Shown piece after piece: positions 1 through 9,716 of a stretch of 32,000 bases of DNA. The DNA is from Pasteurella multocida (GTDB lineage Bacteria; Pseudomonadota; Gammaproteobacteria; Enterobacterales; Pasteurellaceae), in the NCBI RefSeq assembly GCF_900187275.1, contig NZ_LT906458.1, forward strand, positions 750,001 to 782,000, read 5' to 3'. The notes under the pieces are model-generated. The model was not told the origin of the DNA and did no database searches. It saw only the letters and a program-made list of their open reading frames with translations. Position 1 is the first letter of the stretch. Every line of letters begins with the position of its first letter. The position numbers were made by a program, and so were the translations under genes.

Positions 1-1434
1 TTTCCTATCGAAGATGAGAACTTATTGCCTAATGGGCTTTTAAATCAAGAATTGCTTGATTATTACGATCCACAACAAGAATTAACACCGCAATTATTAG
101 TGGATTTGCAATCCAGTCATTACGATCGCGGCATTGTCGCCATGCCTTATGTACGTCAATCGGATCAAACAACAGTTTACATTCCACAAAGTATCATTGC
201 TAACCTATACGTTTCCAATGGTATGTCTGCTGGAAACAGTAAATTTGAAGCACGAGTCCAAGGCTTATCGGAAGTTTTTGAACGCCATATTAAAAATAAA
301 ATTATTGCTGAAGCAATCAGCCTGCCATTAATTCCTGCCGAAGTGATGGCTCGTTTCCCAACGATCCAAGCTGCTATTGCGAAATTAGAACAAGAAGGTT
401 TCCCTATTTTAGCTTATGACGCGTCATTAGGCGGAAAATACCCCGTGATTTGTGTGATTTTACTCAATCCTAATAATGGTACCTGCTTTGCCTCTTTTGG
501 TGCTCATCCTCGTTTTCAAGTAGCACTCGAAAGAACCGTTACCGAATTATTACAAGGGCGTAGCTTAAAAGATCTTGATGTGTTTACGCCACCTTCTTTC
601 AATCATGAGGATGTAGCAGAACACGCCAATCTTGAAACACATTTTATTGATTCCAGTGGTCTTATTTCTTGGGATCTCTTTAAATCTGACGCAGATTATC
701 CATTTGTTGACTGGGATTTTTCGGGGAGCACGGCTCAAGAATATGACAACTTGATGGCGATTTTCCAAGCAGAACAAAAAGAAGTTTATATCATGGATTA
801 TAATCATTTAGATGTGTATGCCTGTCGAATTATTGTACCCGGCATGTCCGACATTTACCCTGTGGACGACTTAATTTATGCCAATAACAATATGGGCATG
901 GATTGGCGAGAAATTTTGCTTGATTTACCGCACTTTCACCATGATCAACACACTTATCAAGAATTGTTAAGTGAGTTAGATGAACAAGGCATTGATGATG
1001 CGACTCGTGTGCGTGAATTTATTGGGATTGTCGCCCCCCCTAAATCGGGTTGGTCAACGTTGCGGATTGGTGAGTTAAAATCGATGTTGCATTTAGCCCT
1101 TGGTGAATTAGACGCTGCACTGGACTGGGCAAATTGGACATTAAATATGAACAGCTCTGTCTTCACTGCTGAGCGCGCTAACTATTATCGTTGCTTGATC
1201 AACAGTATTGAGCTATTCCTCGATAAATCTCGCCAACCTGAACAATACCGCATGGTATTTGAAAAAATGTACGGACAACGTGCAGTCGAAATAGCTTGGC
1301 AAGCCGTACAAGGCGGGAATCCGTTTTATGATCTCCTTGCTGATGATGAACATTTACACCAATTCCAAGCACACCAGAAACTGCTTCAGGCGTATGAAAA
1401 ATTACAAAAAGCCAAGCGTGAAAATTGGAAATAA
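1..1434 (+). CDS. ycaO: YcaO-family protein (E. coli YcaO type), 3' portion; the frame is open to the left window edge (FPIEDENLLPNGLLNQELL...)
   Basis: The frame is open from base 1. The TTG 'start' at 25 in the ORF track is only the first alternative start in the window. The protein has E. coli-type YcaO sequence (LLPNGLLNQELLDYYDP, EVFERHIKNKII, ALERTVTELLQGR) and a helical C-terminal extension. Confidence 0.9.
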   Translation, partial: FPIEDENLLPNGLLNQELLDYYDPQQELTPQLLVDLQSSHYDRGIVAMPYVRQSDQTTVYIPQSIIANLYVSNGMSAGNSKFEARVQGLSEVFERHIKNKIIAEAISLPLIPAEVMARFPTIQAAIAKLEQEGFPILAYDASLGGKYPVICVILLNPNNGTCFASFGAHPRFQVALERTVTELLQGRSLKDLDVFTPPSFNHEDVAEHANLETHFIDSSGLISWDLFKSDADYPFVDWDFSGSTAQEYDNLMAIFQAEQKEVYIMDYNHLDVYACRIIVPGMSDIYPVDDLIYANNNMGMDWREILLDLPHFHHDQHTYQELLSELDEQGIDDATRVREFIGIVAPPKSGWSTLRIGELKSMLHLALGELDAALDWANWTLNMNSSVFTAERANYYRCLINSIELFLDKSRQPEQYRMVFEKMYGQRAVEIAWQAVQGGNPFYDLLADDEHLHQFQAHQKLLQAYEKLQKAKRENWK

Positions 1435-1444
1435 GATGAAAACG

Positions 1445-1471
1445 AAGGATGTCAGACCTGACATCCTTTTT
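1445..1471 (+). terminator. Rho-independent terminator after ycaO
   Basis: Perfect inverted repeat AAGGATGTCAG/CTGACATCCTT followed by a T run, 10 nt after the ycaO stop. Confidence 0.8.
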
Positions 1472-1554
1472 CATTTGTGATCTAGTGCAAAGAAATCTTT
1501 TTCATTTCATGTTATTTTGATAACGATACTTTATCTGATAATAGGAGTTTTCTT

Positions 1555-1968
1555 ATGCAAAATTGGACAACTGAAATGTGGCAAGCAGCGGGTATTGGCT
1601 TAGTTATTGGGTTGATCCTAGGTTACTTATTCTTACGTCTTACTAAAGGTTCGGTGAAAAAACAACTTCAAACGGAAACTGAATTACAGAAAGTCAAAAA
1701 TCAATTAGATAACCAAAAACAACAGCTTGAAAAACACTTTTCAGAAAGTGCCGAACTTTTGAAAAACATTGCCCAAGATTATCAAAAGCTGTATAAGCAT
1801 TTAGCAACCTCCTCAACGACATTATTGCCAGAATTAACCAATAATCCGTTATTCTCATCACATTTAATTACGACTGAACATGTGGATAAACATGACCAGC
1901 AAAATAAAGATGAACAACCTAGAGATTATTCTGAAGGTTCATCTGGTTTACTAAAAAACGATAAATAG
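1555..1968 (+). CDS. zapG: ZapG/YhcB (DUF1043) inner-membrane protein with N-terminal TM segment and coiled coil
   Basis: 137 aa. N-terminal AAGIGLVIGLILGYLFLRLT is followed by a Q/E/K-rich coiled coil and then ...ESAELLKNIAQDYQKLYKHLATSSTTLLPE, characteristic of the YhcB family. Confidence 0.85.
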   Translation: MQNWTTEMWQAAGIGLVIGLILGYLFLRLTKGSVKKQLQTETELQKVKNQLDNQKQQLEKHFSESAELLKNIAQDYQKLYKHLATSSTTLLPELTNNPLFSSHLITTEHVDKHDQQNKDEQPRDYSEGSSGLLKNDK

Positions 1969-1973
1969 TCTAT

Positions 1974-2008
1974 AAAATCTACCAAGTCGCCTACTTGGTA
2001 GATTTTTT
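1974..2008 (+). terminator. Rho-independent terminator after zapG
   Basis: AAAATCTACCAAG...CTTGGTAGATTTTTT inverted repeat (13 bp stem) with T run. Confidence 0.85.
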
Positions 2009-2194
2009 CTTTTATCAACGCACCATTTCATACATAATAATCCCCCTAACACTTCGTTTTATTAACCATTTATTCATTCTCTAAAAGGCAGTTACGAAAA
2101 TGAACAATTCACTTCTCAATTAATCTCTTCTTTCTTATAGAGCAAGTGTTCTAACACTTTGCTTAGCATGTTGTACAATAATTTAACGGAGTAA

Positions 2195-2899
2195 ATGATG
2201 AAAAATCAGCTTACCAAATTAAAATGGTTTGATATTGCTATCTTAACCCTCATTCTGTTTTCCTATGCCATTTATGCTTCCTTTCTTCATTATGCTATGC
2301 CATTGGAAGGGAATAATTATGCCGATATCACGACTTTTTCAGCAGAAGATAATGTAGGAGCCTTTATTCAACAAAGTCTCTTATTATTCTTGGCATTTTT
2401 ATATTTAAAATGGCGAAATTTTCATTTCGGCGTATGGAATATTGGGTTTTCTTTTCAAGCAATCGGAAAAGGGATTGTATTGTTTATCATTGTCGCCCTG
2501 TGTATGGATCTTTATTTCATCCTGTTAAATGCTTTTCTAGATTTTTCCTATGTTGAAGAGACATTAAACACAGAAAGCATAGCGCACTTTGCTTGGATTA
2601 ATTTCCCGCTGATCCCTTATGCTATGTTGAATGGGGTCTATGAAGAACTCTTTTTCTTAGGTGTCTGCTTAAGCGTTGATCGTAAATATCTCCCTATCGC
2701 CTTTATTTATTCGCTGATTATTCGTGTGAGTTTCCATACTTACCAAGGCATGGAAACTGCGATTGGCATCGGTTTAATACTGGGTAGCCTCTTTTTTCTG
2801 CTATACCAAAAATCAAAAAAGAAGGATCTCTTTCCTTTCTTTGTTGCCCATGCCATTGCCGATGTTTTTGGCGCTGGCATCATCAGTTATTTTTATTAA
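2195..2899 (+). CDS. CPBP-family (Abi/CAAX protease-like) membrane protein
   Basis: 234 aa with several hydrophobic segments. It has CPBP-like motifs YEELFFLG, RVSFHTYQG and HAIADVFG. Confidence 0.75.
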   Translation: MMKNQLTKLKWFDIAILTLILFSYAIYASFLHYAMPLEGNNYADITTFSAEDNVGAFIQQSLLLFLAFLYLKWRNFHFGVWNIGFSFQAIGKGIVLFIIVALCMDLYFILLNAFLDFSYVEETLNTESIAHFAWINFPLIPYAMLNGVYEELFFLGVCLSVDRKYLPIAFIYSLIIRVSFHTYQGMETAIGIGLILGSLFFLLYQKSKKKDLFPFFVAHAIADVFGAGIISYFY

Positions 2900-2905
2900 G
2901 GCAAA

Positions 2906-2937
2906 AAATAACGCAAGTCAGATGACTTGCGTTATTT
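2906..2937. terminator. Bidirectional terminator between convergent CPBP gene and the DUF695/RraB-like gene
   Basis: AAATAACGCAAGTCA-GA-TGACTTGCGTTATTT, a 15 nt perfect inverted repeat located between convergent stop codons. Confidence 0.8.
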
Positions 2938-2969
2938 GCGATTCGATTAGATAAAAACAATAAAACCTA

Positions 2970-3743
2970 TTAATTGAGTTGCTCTTGAGTCTTAATAGCG
3001 TCGCATTCCCAGCCTGCATATTCACCTGAAAATTGATTCGCGATATCTTCAAACTGTTCCACATAGTTAAAAATCTGACTGTTATCTAAGCTCAACTCCT
3101 GCTCTAATCTCACCAAATAAACCGGTTCATCCTCTTCGAGCATAACAGGCAACTGACTATATTGCATGGAAACCAGTGTAATAGACTGCGAGTGAAGATA
3201 ATCCATAAACGCAAACATATTTGCTTCTTCTTCAAAACGAAAGCTATGCTCAATCGTATAAAGCGCTGCAAGATCACGACCATTTTTTGTTAACAGTTCC
3301 AGCACTTCTTCGGTGGCATGAATTTTCATTTCCAAAGGTGAAGGTAATAAGAAGTCAAAATAAATGTCCCAATGTGGATCATATTGAATCTCAATAGCAG
3401 AAATTTCCTCAAATTGTTTAAGTACTTCTAAAAAGGGCTCCGTGTTATCACAATAAAAATAAAGCTGTGCATGACCTGCCGATAGCACATGTCCTGCATA
3501 TAACGTGTCAGGTAATGCACTTAATTGTGTCCATAATTTCACAATCTGACGCATTAATGTTTGATAAAAACTCGGATCTGGCAATTCATTCTCATCCAAC
3601 ATCGCATACGGAAATTTAAACTGTATGATGTTATGGCTTTTCGGCGAGGGGAATTGATGTAATACCTCAAGATTCACTGAAAAAATCGCCAGTTTCTCAT
3701 TCAGTACAGAACGATAATTTTGCCAGCTTTGTCCTTTATCCAT
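2970..3743 (-). CDS. Conserved hypothetical protein (TIGR01619-like / DUF695-like N-terminus) with a C-terminal RraB-like domain
   Basis: 257 aa. The C-terminal region LLTKNGRDLAALYTIEHSF...YVEQFEDIANQFSGEYAGWECDA resembles E. coli RraB (DGSDPDALYTIEHHL...[20 protein letters not shown]). The neighbouring xthA matches the Haemophilus HI0040-HI0041 arrangement as I recall it. Confidence 0.75.
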   Translation of the reverse strand: MDKGQSWQNYRSVLNEKLAIFSVNLEVLHQFPSPKSHNIIQFKFPYAMLDENELPDPSFYQTLMRQIVKLWTQLSALPDTLYAGHVLSAGHAQLYFYCDNTEPFLEVLKQFEEISAIEIQYDPHWDIYFDFLLPSPLEMKIHATEEVLELLTKNGRDLAALYTIEHSFRFEEEANMFAFMDYLHSQSITLVSMQYSQLPVMLEEDEPVYLVRLEQELSLDNSQIFNYVEQFEDIANQFSGEYAGWECDAIKTQEQLN

Positions 3744-3752
3744 GCGAGTACC

Positions 3753-4556
3753 TTATTTAAATACTGCCCAAACCGGTGCATGATCAGAAGGTTTTTCCAT
3801 TGCACGGATATCCAACGCAATCCCTGTTTCAACACAGCGTGCTGCTAGAGCATGGTTTGCAATAATATGATCAATACGTAAACCACGATTATCATCAAAC
3901 CCTTTTGAGCGATAATCAAACCATGAAAATTGATCGTTCACATCCGGATTTAAATGACGGAAAGTGTCCACTAAACCGTAGCCATATAAACGGTTCATCC
4001 ATTCTCTTTCTTCCGGTAAAAACGAACATTTGCCCGTGCGTAACCAACGTTTACGATTTTCATCACCAATCCCAATATCCAGATCTGTCGGACTAATATT
4101 CATATCGCCCATAATAATAATCGGATTATTGGCATTGTGATCCTGTTCTAAATACTGTTGTAAATCCGCATAAAATTTCTCTTTAGCGGGGAATTTAGTT
4201 TCATGAGCGCGACTTTCGCCTTGTGGAAAATAACCATTAATCACTGTTAATAAGCCAAAATCTGTTTCTAAATCCGCCATAATAATGCGTTTTTGAGCTT
4301 CTTCACTGTCTGTTGGAAACCCTTTACGTACCGCTTTAGGCGCTTGCTTGGTTAACAACGCAACACCGTAGTGTCCCTTTTGACCATGATGAAAAACATG
4401 GTAGCCCAAATGTTCAACCAGTTCATAAGGGAACATTTCATCTGCCACCTTAATCTCTTGCAATCCCAACACATCGGGTTGGTATTTCTCAATCACCGCC
4501 TCTAGTTGATGCGGTCTTGCTCTCAATCCATTAATATTAAAAGAAATGACTTTCAT
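3753..4556 (-). CDS. xthA: Exodeoxyribonuclease III
   Basis: [37 protein letters not shown] ... [15 protein letters not shown] ... [10 protein letters not shown], collinear with E. coli XthA. The start was moved to the ATG at 4556 because the extra 29 aa in the ORF track are not conserved. Confidence 0.97.
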   Translation of the reverse strand: MKVISFNINGLRARPHQLEAVIEKYQPDVLGLQEIKVADEMFPYELVEHLGYHVFHHGQKGHYGVALLTKQAPKAVRKGFPTDSEEAQKRIIMADLETDFGLLTVINGYFPQGESRAHETKFPAKEKFYADLQQYLEQDHNANNPIIIMGDMNISPTDLDIGIGDENRKRWLRTGKCSFLPEEREWMNRLYGYGLVDTFRHLNPDVNDQFSWFDYRSKGFDDNRGLRIDHIIANHALAARCVETGIALDIRAMEKPSDHAPVWAVFK

Positions 4557-4802
4557 GCCTAAATTTCCTAATTCATCATTAGATAAAGTCAGCATTATAC
4601 TGTGATCTCGTGTATTGCCAAAGCAATAAAAACATTCTGTCATTACCCCTTAGCTTTTCACTGTCCCCCCTATCAGCATTTTTTGCAAAAATGTGATCTG
4701 TGTCTAGTAACATCTCATTAACAATGATTGATCATTTTTAAAACATCTTTTACAGTGAAAAATGTGCCAAAAGAATCCTTTACTCACCCAAACGGAGGAA
4801 CT

Positions 4803-6764
4803 ATGCCGCATAATTCAATGTTAAAAGAAAATCGTCTTTTCAAACCAACAGATGAATTTCGTCGCCAAGCCAATATTTCGGGCTTAGAAACCTATCAAGC
4901 GCTTTGGGAATTTGCTGACAAAGATTATCTCACCTATTGGAGTGATCTGGCGCGTGAATTAATCACTTGGAAAAAGCCTTTTATGCACATCTTCGATGAT
5001 TCAGAAGCACCTTTCTATAAATGGTTTTCTGATGGCACTTTAAATGTGTCCTATAACTGTTTAGATCGCCACTTACCAGATAAAGCAGATAAAACCGCGC
5101 TAATTTTTGAATCAGATTTTGGTCAAGTCCAACTCTATACTTACGTCAAATTACATAATCGCGTTTGCCGTTTTGCTAATGCATTGCGTGAATTAGGGAT
5201 CAAAAAAGGGGATCGGGTCATTATTTATTTACCCATGCTAGTGGAAGCCGTGATTGCGATGCAAGCTTGTGCCCGTATCGGTGCGGTTCATTCAGTGGTA
5301 TTTGGTGGTTTTTCTGCCAGCGCACTACGTGATCGGATTGAAGATGCTGAAGCCAAATTAGTGATTACCGCGAATGCTGGATTACGTGGTGGTAAAATTA
5401 TTCCACTTAAAGAGACCGTGGATGAAGCTTTAGAAATGGGCTGTAAAACAATTGAAAATGTTATCGTCTTTCACCGAGTGAATATTGATACCCCGTGGAA
5501 AAAAGGGCGTGATCTCTGGTGGAATGAACTTACTGCAAACCAACCCGCTTTCTGTGAGCCAGAATGGATGAATGCGGAAGACCCGCTATTTATTTTATAC
5601 ACCTCGGGATCAACGGGTAAACCGAAAGGCATTGTACACAGTACTGGTGGTTATTTATTAGGTGCATTAAATTCGTTTCGCAATGTGTTTGATAATAAGC
5701 CAAATGATATTTTCTGGTGTACGGCAGATGTTGGCTGGATCACGGGACATTCTTATGTCTGCTATGGTCCGCTCGCCAATGGCGCAACACAGGTAATTTT
5801 TGAAGGCGTACCGACTTATCCAGATCCGGGACGGATTTGGCGAATGATACAACGTCACAAAATTAATGTATTTTACACCTCACCGACTTTAATTCGTTCA
5901 TTGACACGCTTAGGCGACCATATCCCCAATAAGTATGATTTATCTTCACTACGCTTACTTGGCAGCGTGGGCGAACCAATTAACCCATCGGCTTGGATGT
6001 GGTTTTATGAAGTGGTTGGTAAAAGTCGCTGTCCAATTGTTGATACTTGGTGGCAGACAGAAACCGGCTCGATTATGCTCGCACCGATACCCGGCGTAAC
6101 CGCAACCAAACCAGGTTCTTGTACCCTGCCATTACCGGGTATTATGGCAGAGGTGTTAGATGAAAATGGTCAAAAATGTGCGGTAGAACAAGGCGGTGCG
6201 CTCGCTATTAAACGTCCATTCCCATCGATGTTACGCACGATTTGGAATGATCCTGAACGTTATAAATCTACCTATTTCCCTGCGGAATATGGCGGCAAAT
6301 ACTACATCGCAGGCGATAATGCCCATCGCGATAAAGACGGGTATTTTTGGATTCTTGGACGCACAGATGATGTGCTTAATGTCTCAGGACATCGACTTGG
6401 TACCATGGAAATTGAATCTGCGCTCGTCGCCAGTCCAAAAGTGGCTGAAGCGGCAGTGGTCGGTAAGCCAGATGAGATCAAAGGGGAAGCAATTGTTGCT
6501 TTTGTGGTGCTGAATGATTTCCGTCCAGAAGGTGAAGAAGCACGTCAGCTGGCAGAAGAACTCAAAGCCTGGGTATCCAATGAAATTGGTAAAATTGCCC
6601 GTCCTGAAGATATCCGCTTTGCCGATAACTTACCAAAAACACGCTCAGGCAAGATTATGCGTCGTTTATTGCGATCTATCGCCAAAAACGAAATGATCAC
6701 TCAAGATATTTCCACCTTAGAAAATCCACAGATCATCGGTCAATTACAACAACAATGGCTTTAA
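4803..6764 (+). CDS. acs: Acetyl-coenzyme A synthetase (AMP-forming)
   Basis: Adenylate-forming motifs [18 protein letters not shown] and [14 protein letters not shown]; long collinearity with Acs. The ATG at 4803 is preceded by a GGAGGA ribosome-binding site. Confidence 0.9.
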   Translation: MPHNSMLKENRLFKPTDEFRRQANISGLETYQALWEFADKDYLTYWSDLARELITWKKPFMHIFDDSEAPFYKWFSDGTLNVSYNCLDRHLPDKADKTALIFESDFGQVQLYTYVKLHNRVCRFANALRELGIKKGDRVIIYLPMLVEAVIAMQACARIGAVHSVVFGGFSASALRDRIEDAEAKLVITANAGLRGGKIIPLKETVDEALEMGCKTIENVIVFHRVNIDTPWKKGRDLWWNELTANQPAFCEPEWMNAEDPLFILYTSGSTGKPKGIVHSTGGYLLGALNSFRNVFDNKPNDIFWCTADVGWITGHSYVCYGPLANGATQVIFEGVPTYPDPGRIWRMIQRHKINVFYTSPTLIRSLTRLGDHIPNKYDLSSLRLLGSVGEPINPSAWMWFYEVVGKSRCPIVDTWWQTETGSIMLAPIPGVTATKPGSCTLPLPGIMAEVLDENGQKCAVEQGGALAIKRPFPSMLRTIWNDPERYKSTYFPAEYGGKYYIAGDNAHRDKDGYFWILGRTDDVLNVSGHRLGTMEIESALVASPKVAEAAVVGKPDEIKGEAIVAFVVLNDFRPEGEEARQLAEELKAWVSNEIGKIARPEDIRFADNLPKTRSGKIMRRLLRSIAKNEMITQDISTLENPQIIGQLQQQWL

Positions 6765-6777
6765 GCCGAACAAACAA

Positions 6778-6807
6778 AAAGCACCTTGTTCTGACTCAAG
6801 GTGCTTT
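6778..6807. terminator. Terminator hairpin between convergent acs and folE
   Basis: AAAGCACCTTG ... CAAGGTGCTTT (11 bp perfect stem). The T-rich flank is stronger on the minus strand. Confidence 0.7.
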
Positions 6808-6824
6808 AGTTATATTGACGCCCA

Positions 6825-6833
6825 AAGTGCGGT
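6825..6833 (+). other. DNA uptake signal core AAGTGCGGT
   Basis: Exact 9-mer, in AAAGTGCGGTCGGTTT context. Confidence 0.9.
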
Positions 6834-6858
6834 CGGTTTCTAGAAAGTTTTAACGCAC

Positions 6859-7515
6859 TTATTTATTAATTAAGGTTAAAAACTCTTTACGCGTTTCACG
6901 GTCATCTAAAAAGACACCACCAAATGCAGATGTCACTGTATAACTGTTGGTATCTTTAATGCCACGGCATTTCACGCAGAAATGAGTAGCCTTCACATAC
7001 ACCGCCACATCGTCCGTTTCTAAAATCGTTTGGAATGCCAACAAAATTTGTTCAGTCAAACGCTCTTGTACTTGTGGACGTTGCGCAAAAAACGCCACGA
7101 TACGATTAATTTTAGACAACCCAATAACCCATTTTTTCGGGTAATACGCCACCGAAACCATCCCATCAATGGTCACAAAATGGTGTTCACAAGTACTGGT
7201 TAACGTCACGTCATTCACCAACACCATTTCACTGACTTTCATACGATTTTCAATGTTAGTAATTTTCGGGAAATTCGCATAGTCTAACCCACTGAAAATT
7301 TCATCAACAAACATTTTCGCCAAACGTACGGGGGTTTCTTCTAAACTATCATCACGTAAATCTAACCCAATCAGCTTCATCACTTCACGCATATGTTGTT
7401 CAATCCCCGCTCGACGCGTATCTCTGTCTTGTTCTGGGGTAATCATTGGGGTTTCAATCCCCTTACTTAATAATGCGTTGCGGACTTTTTCTGCTTCTGG
7501 TGAAATCTTGTTCAT
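6859..7515 (-). CDS. folE: GTP cyclohydrolase I
   Basis: ...[41 protein letters not shown]...[25 protein letters not shown]. The likely start is [15 protein letters not shown] at 7515; the ORF track extends to 7542. Confidence 0.96.
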   Translation of the reverse strand: MNKISPEAEKVRNALLSKGIETPMITPEQDRDTRRAGIEQHMREVMKLIGLDLRDDSLEETPVRLAKMFVDEIFSGLDYANFPKITNIENRMKVSEMVLVNDVTLTSTCEHHFVTIDGMVSVAYYPKKWVIGLSKINRIVAFFAQRPQVQERLTEQILLAFQTILETDDVAVYVKATHFCVKCRGIKDTNSYTVTSAFGGVFLDDRETRKEFLTLINK

Positions 7516-7757
7516 GTAAAACTCCCGATAAATAATCCGCACATTCTAGCAAACTCTCGCCAAAGTACAAATGAGAATAATTGGTAGAGAGGATGAAAAG
7601 TTTTAGAAATATGGTGCTCTGGGCGAGACTTGAGCCTGAAAAAAGGAATACATTAAACTCACGCTCACATAAAATGTAAACAAAGTATGAGAAAAAGAGA
7701 TCATCCTGCGTTTTTGGTATAAAATATTGCCCGTTAAACTCAACTAAGGATTCAATT

Positions 7758-8978
7758 ATGTTGCCTCTTGAACAAGTACTGACTCAAATGCTCGCTATGT
7801 TGCCAACACCAGATTGTGCGCAAGCCGAACAACTCCCCCTTCAACACGCGGTGAATCGCATTTGTGCTGAGGATATCATTTCCCCGCTTAACGTGCCCTC
7901 ATTTGATAACTCGGCGATGGACGGCTATGCGGTGCGGCTGGCAGATTTAGCACAAAATTTAACTCTCGCGGTCGCAGGAAAGTCCTTTGCGGGCGCACCT
8001 TTTGACGGGGAATGGCAAACACAAAGCATGGTCAGAATTATGACAGGAGCAATGTTGCCGGCGGGTGCGGATGCGGTGGTGATGCAAGAAGACGTGATCG
8101 TCAATGAGGATGGTACAGTCACTTTCCCTGAAAAGATTAAAGCCGGTCAAAATATTCGCTACATTGGCGAAGATGTCAAACAAGGTGAAGTGGTATTGAA
8201 TAAAGGAAGCGTGTTAAATGCAGTTTCCTTACCCTTACTCGCCTCATTAGGCATAGATAACGTCAAGGTCTTTCCACGTTTGAAAGTAGCTGTGCTTTCG
8301 ACTGGTGACGAACTTGTGCCGGTAGGACAACCGCTGAAAGAAGGTCAAATTTACGACACTAACCGTTTTACGATTCAATTGTTACTGGAAAAGCTCAATT
8401 GTGAGATTCTGGATTTCGGTTTATTACCGGATAACGAGCAAGAATTTGAAAAAGCCTTTATTGAGGCTCAACAGCAAGCGGATTTGGTGATCACAAGCGG
8501 TGGCGTTTCTGTGGGTGAAGCAGATTTTACCAAAAAAGTGCTTGAAAAAGTCGGTCAAGTGAATTTCTGGAAAATTGCGATGAAGCCGGGTAAGCCTTTT
8601 GCCTTTGGTCGATTAAAAAACGCCTGGTTCTGTGGTTTACCGGGTAATCCTGTGTCGGCATTGGCAACTTTTTATCAATTAGTACAACCGGTGATTGCCA
8701 AATTAAGTGGTTATAGCCAGTGGAAAGCGCCGCAACACTTGACAGCCATTGCAGTAACCAAGATGAAAAAAGCACCGGGGCGTTTAGATTTCCAACGTGG
8801 TTTCTATCAAGTGAATGCCCAAGGGCAAATTGAGGTGCAACCCGTTGGTTTTCAAGGTTCACATCTTTTTAGCTCTTTTGTGAAAAGTAACTGCTTTATT
8901 GTGCTAGAGCGTGAACGTGGCAATGTGGAAGCGGGCGAAACGGTCACAATCGAGCCATTTAACCATCTAATGAGTTAA
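7758..8978 (+). CDS. moeA: Molybdopterin molybdenumtransferase
   Basis: 406 aa with NRICAEDIISPLNVPSFDNSAMDGYAVR, RIMTGAMLPAGADAVVMQED, AVLSTGDELVPVG, VSVGEADF and GLPGNPVSA motifs. Confidence 0.96.
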   Translation: MLPLEQVLTQMLAMLPTPDCAQAEQLPLQHAVNRICAEDIISPLNVPSFDNSAMDGYAVRLADLAQNLTLAVAGKSFAGAPFDGEWQTQSMVRIMTGAMLPAGADAVVMQEDVIVNEDGTVTFPEKIKAGQNIRYIGEDVKQGEVVLNKGSVLNAVSLPLLASLGIDNVKVFPRLKVAVLSTGDELVPVGQPLKEGQIYDTNRFTIQLLLEKLNCEILDFGLLPDNEQEFEKAFIEAQQQADLVITSGGVSVGEADFTKKVLEKVGQVNFWKIAMKPGKPFAFGRLKNAWFCGLPGNPVSALATFYQLVQPVIAKLSGYSQWKAPQHLTAIAVTKMKKAPGRLDFQRGFYQVNAQGQIEVQPVGFQGSHLFSSFVKSNCFIVLERERGNVEAGETVTIEPFNHLMS

Positions 8979-8979
8979 T

Positions 8980-9702
8980 ATGACCGAATTAAGTTATCAA
9001 GAAGAATTACGTTATAACCGCCAAATTATGCTCAAGGCGATAGATTTTGAGGGGCAAGAAACCCTCAAACAAAGCAAAATGCTGATTGTTGGCTTAGGCG
9101 GTTTAGGTTGTGCCGCCAGCCAATATTTAGCGACAGCTGGTGTGGGACATCTCACTTTGTTGGATTTTGATACGGTGTCGCTGTCGAACCTACAACGCCA
9201 GGTGTTGCACGATAACAGCCGTTTAGCGATGCCGAAAGTCGATTCGGCAAAACTGTCGTTGCAACGCTTAAATCCACATATTCAGATTGACACTATCAAT
9301 GCCAAACTCTCAACAGAAAAACTGGCTGAAATCATACCGCACTTTGATGTGATTTTAGATTGCACCGACAATGTAGAAATTCGTAATCAGCTTGATCAGG
9401 TCTGCCAACAAGCGAAAGTGCCGTTAGTCTCTGGAGCGGCGATCCGCCTGGAAGGGCAAGTAACGGTATTTACTTATCAAGAAAATACGCCAACCTATCG
9501 TACATTAAGTCAATTATTTGGCGAGAATACGCTAAGTTGCGTCGAGGCGGGTGTATTAGCGCCTATTGTGGGCATTGTTGGTTCTATTCAAGCGCTAGAG
9601 GCGATTAAAGTGCGGTTAAATATCGGTAAGAATTTATGTGGCAGATTACTGATGATTGATGGTATGACCATGTCTATTCGAGAAATCAAATTGCCTGTTT
9701 AA
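8980..9702 (+). CDS. moeB: Molybdopterin-synthase adenylyltransferase
   Basis: 240 aa with LSYQEELRYNRQIMLKAIDFEGQETLKQSKMLIVGLGGLGCAASQYLATAGVG and ILDCTDNVEIRNQLD. It starts immediately after the moeA stop. Confidence 0.95.
   Translation: MTELSYQEELRYNRQIMLKAIDFEGQETLKQSKMLIVGLGGLGCAASQYLATAGVGHLTLLDFDTVSLSNLQRQVLHDNSRLAMPKVDSAKLSLQRLNPHIQIDTINAKLSTEKLAEIIPHFDVILDCTDNVEIRNQLDQVCQQAKVPLVSGAAIRLEGQVTVFTYQENTPTYRTLSQLFGENTLSCVEAGVLAPIVGIVGSIQALEAIKVRLNIGKNLCGRLLMIDGMTMSIREIKLPV
9608..9616 (+). other. DNA uptake signal core AAGTGCGGT (inside moeB)
   Basis: Exact 9-mer. Confidence 0.85.
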
Positions 9703-9716
9703 CACAGGCATTTTTT
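9692..9716 (+). terminator. Terminator hairpin overlapping the 3' end of moeB
   Basis: TGCCTGT-TTAAC-ACAGGCA followed by TTTTTT. The hairpin contains the moeB stop codon and the T run reaches the ubiX stop. Confidence 0.7.

Noticed and set aside
25-27. TTG start proposed for the ycaO ORF
   Set aside because: The frame is open through base 1 and the upstream residues FPIEDENL fit the YcaO sequence; the gene is cut by the window edge.
5667-6696. Small ORFs on both strands inside acs
   Set aside because: Out-of-frame readings of a well-conserved enzyme gene, with no recognisable product.
8490-8500. ACAAGCGGT, the uptake core of the Actinobacillus pleuropneumoniae-type group, inside moeA
   Set aside because: A single occurrence explained by the conserved TSGG(V) coding motif. 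The window's uptake signal is clearly AAGTGCGGT.
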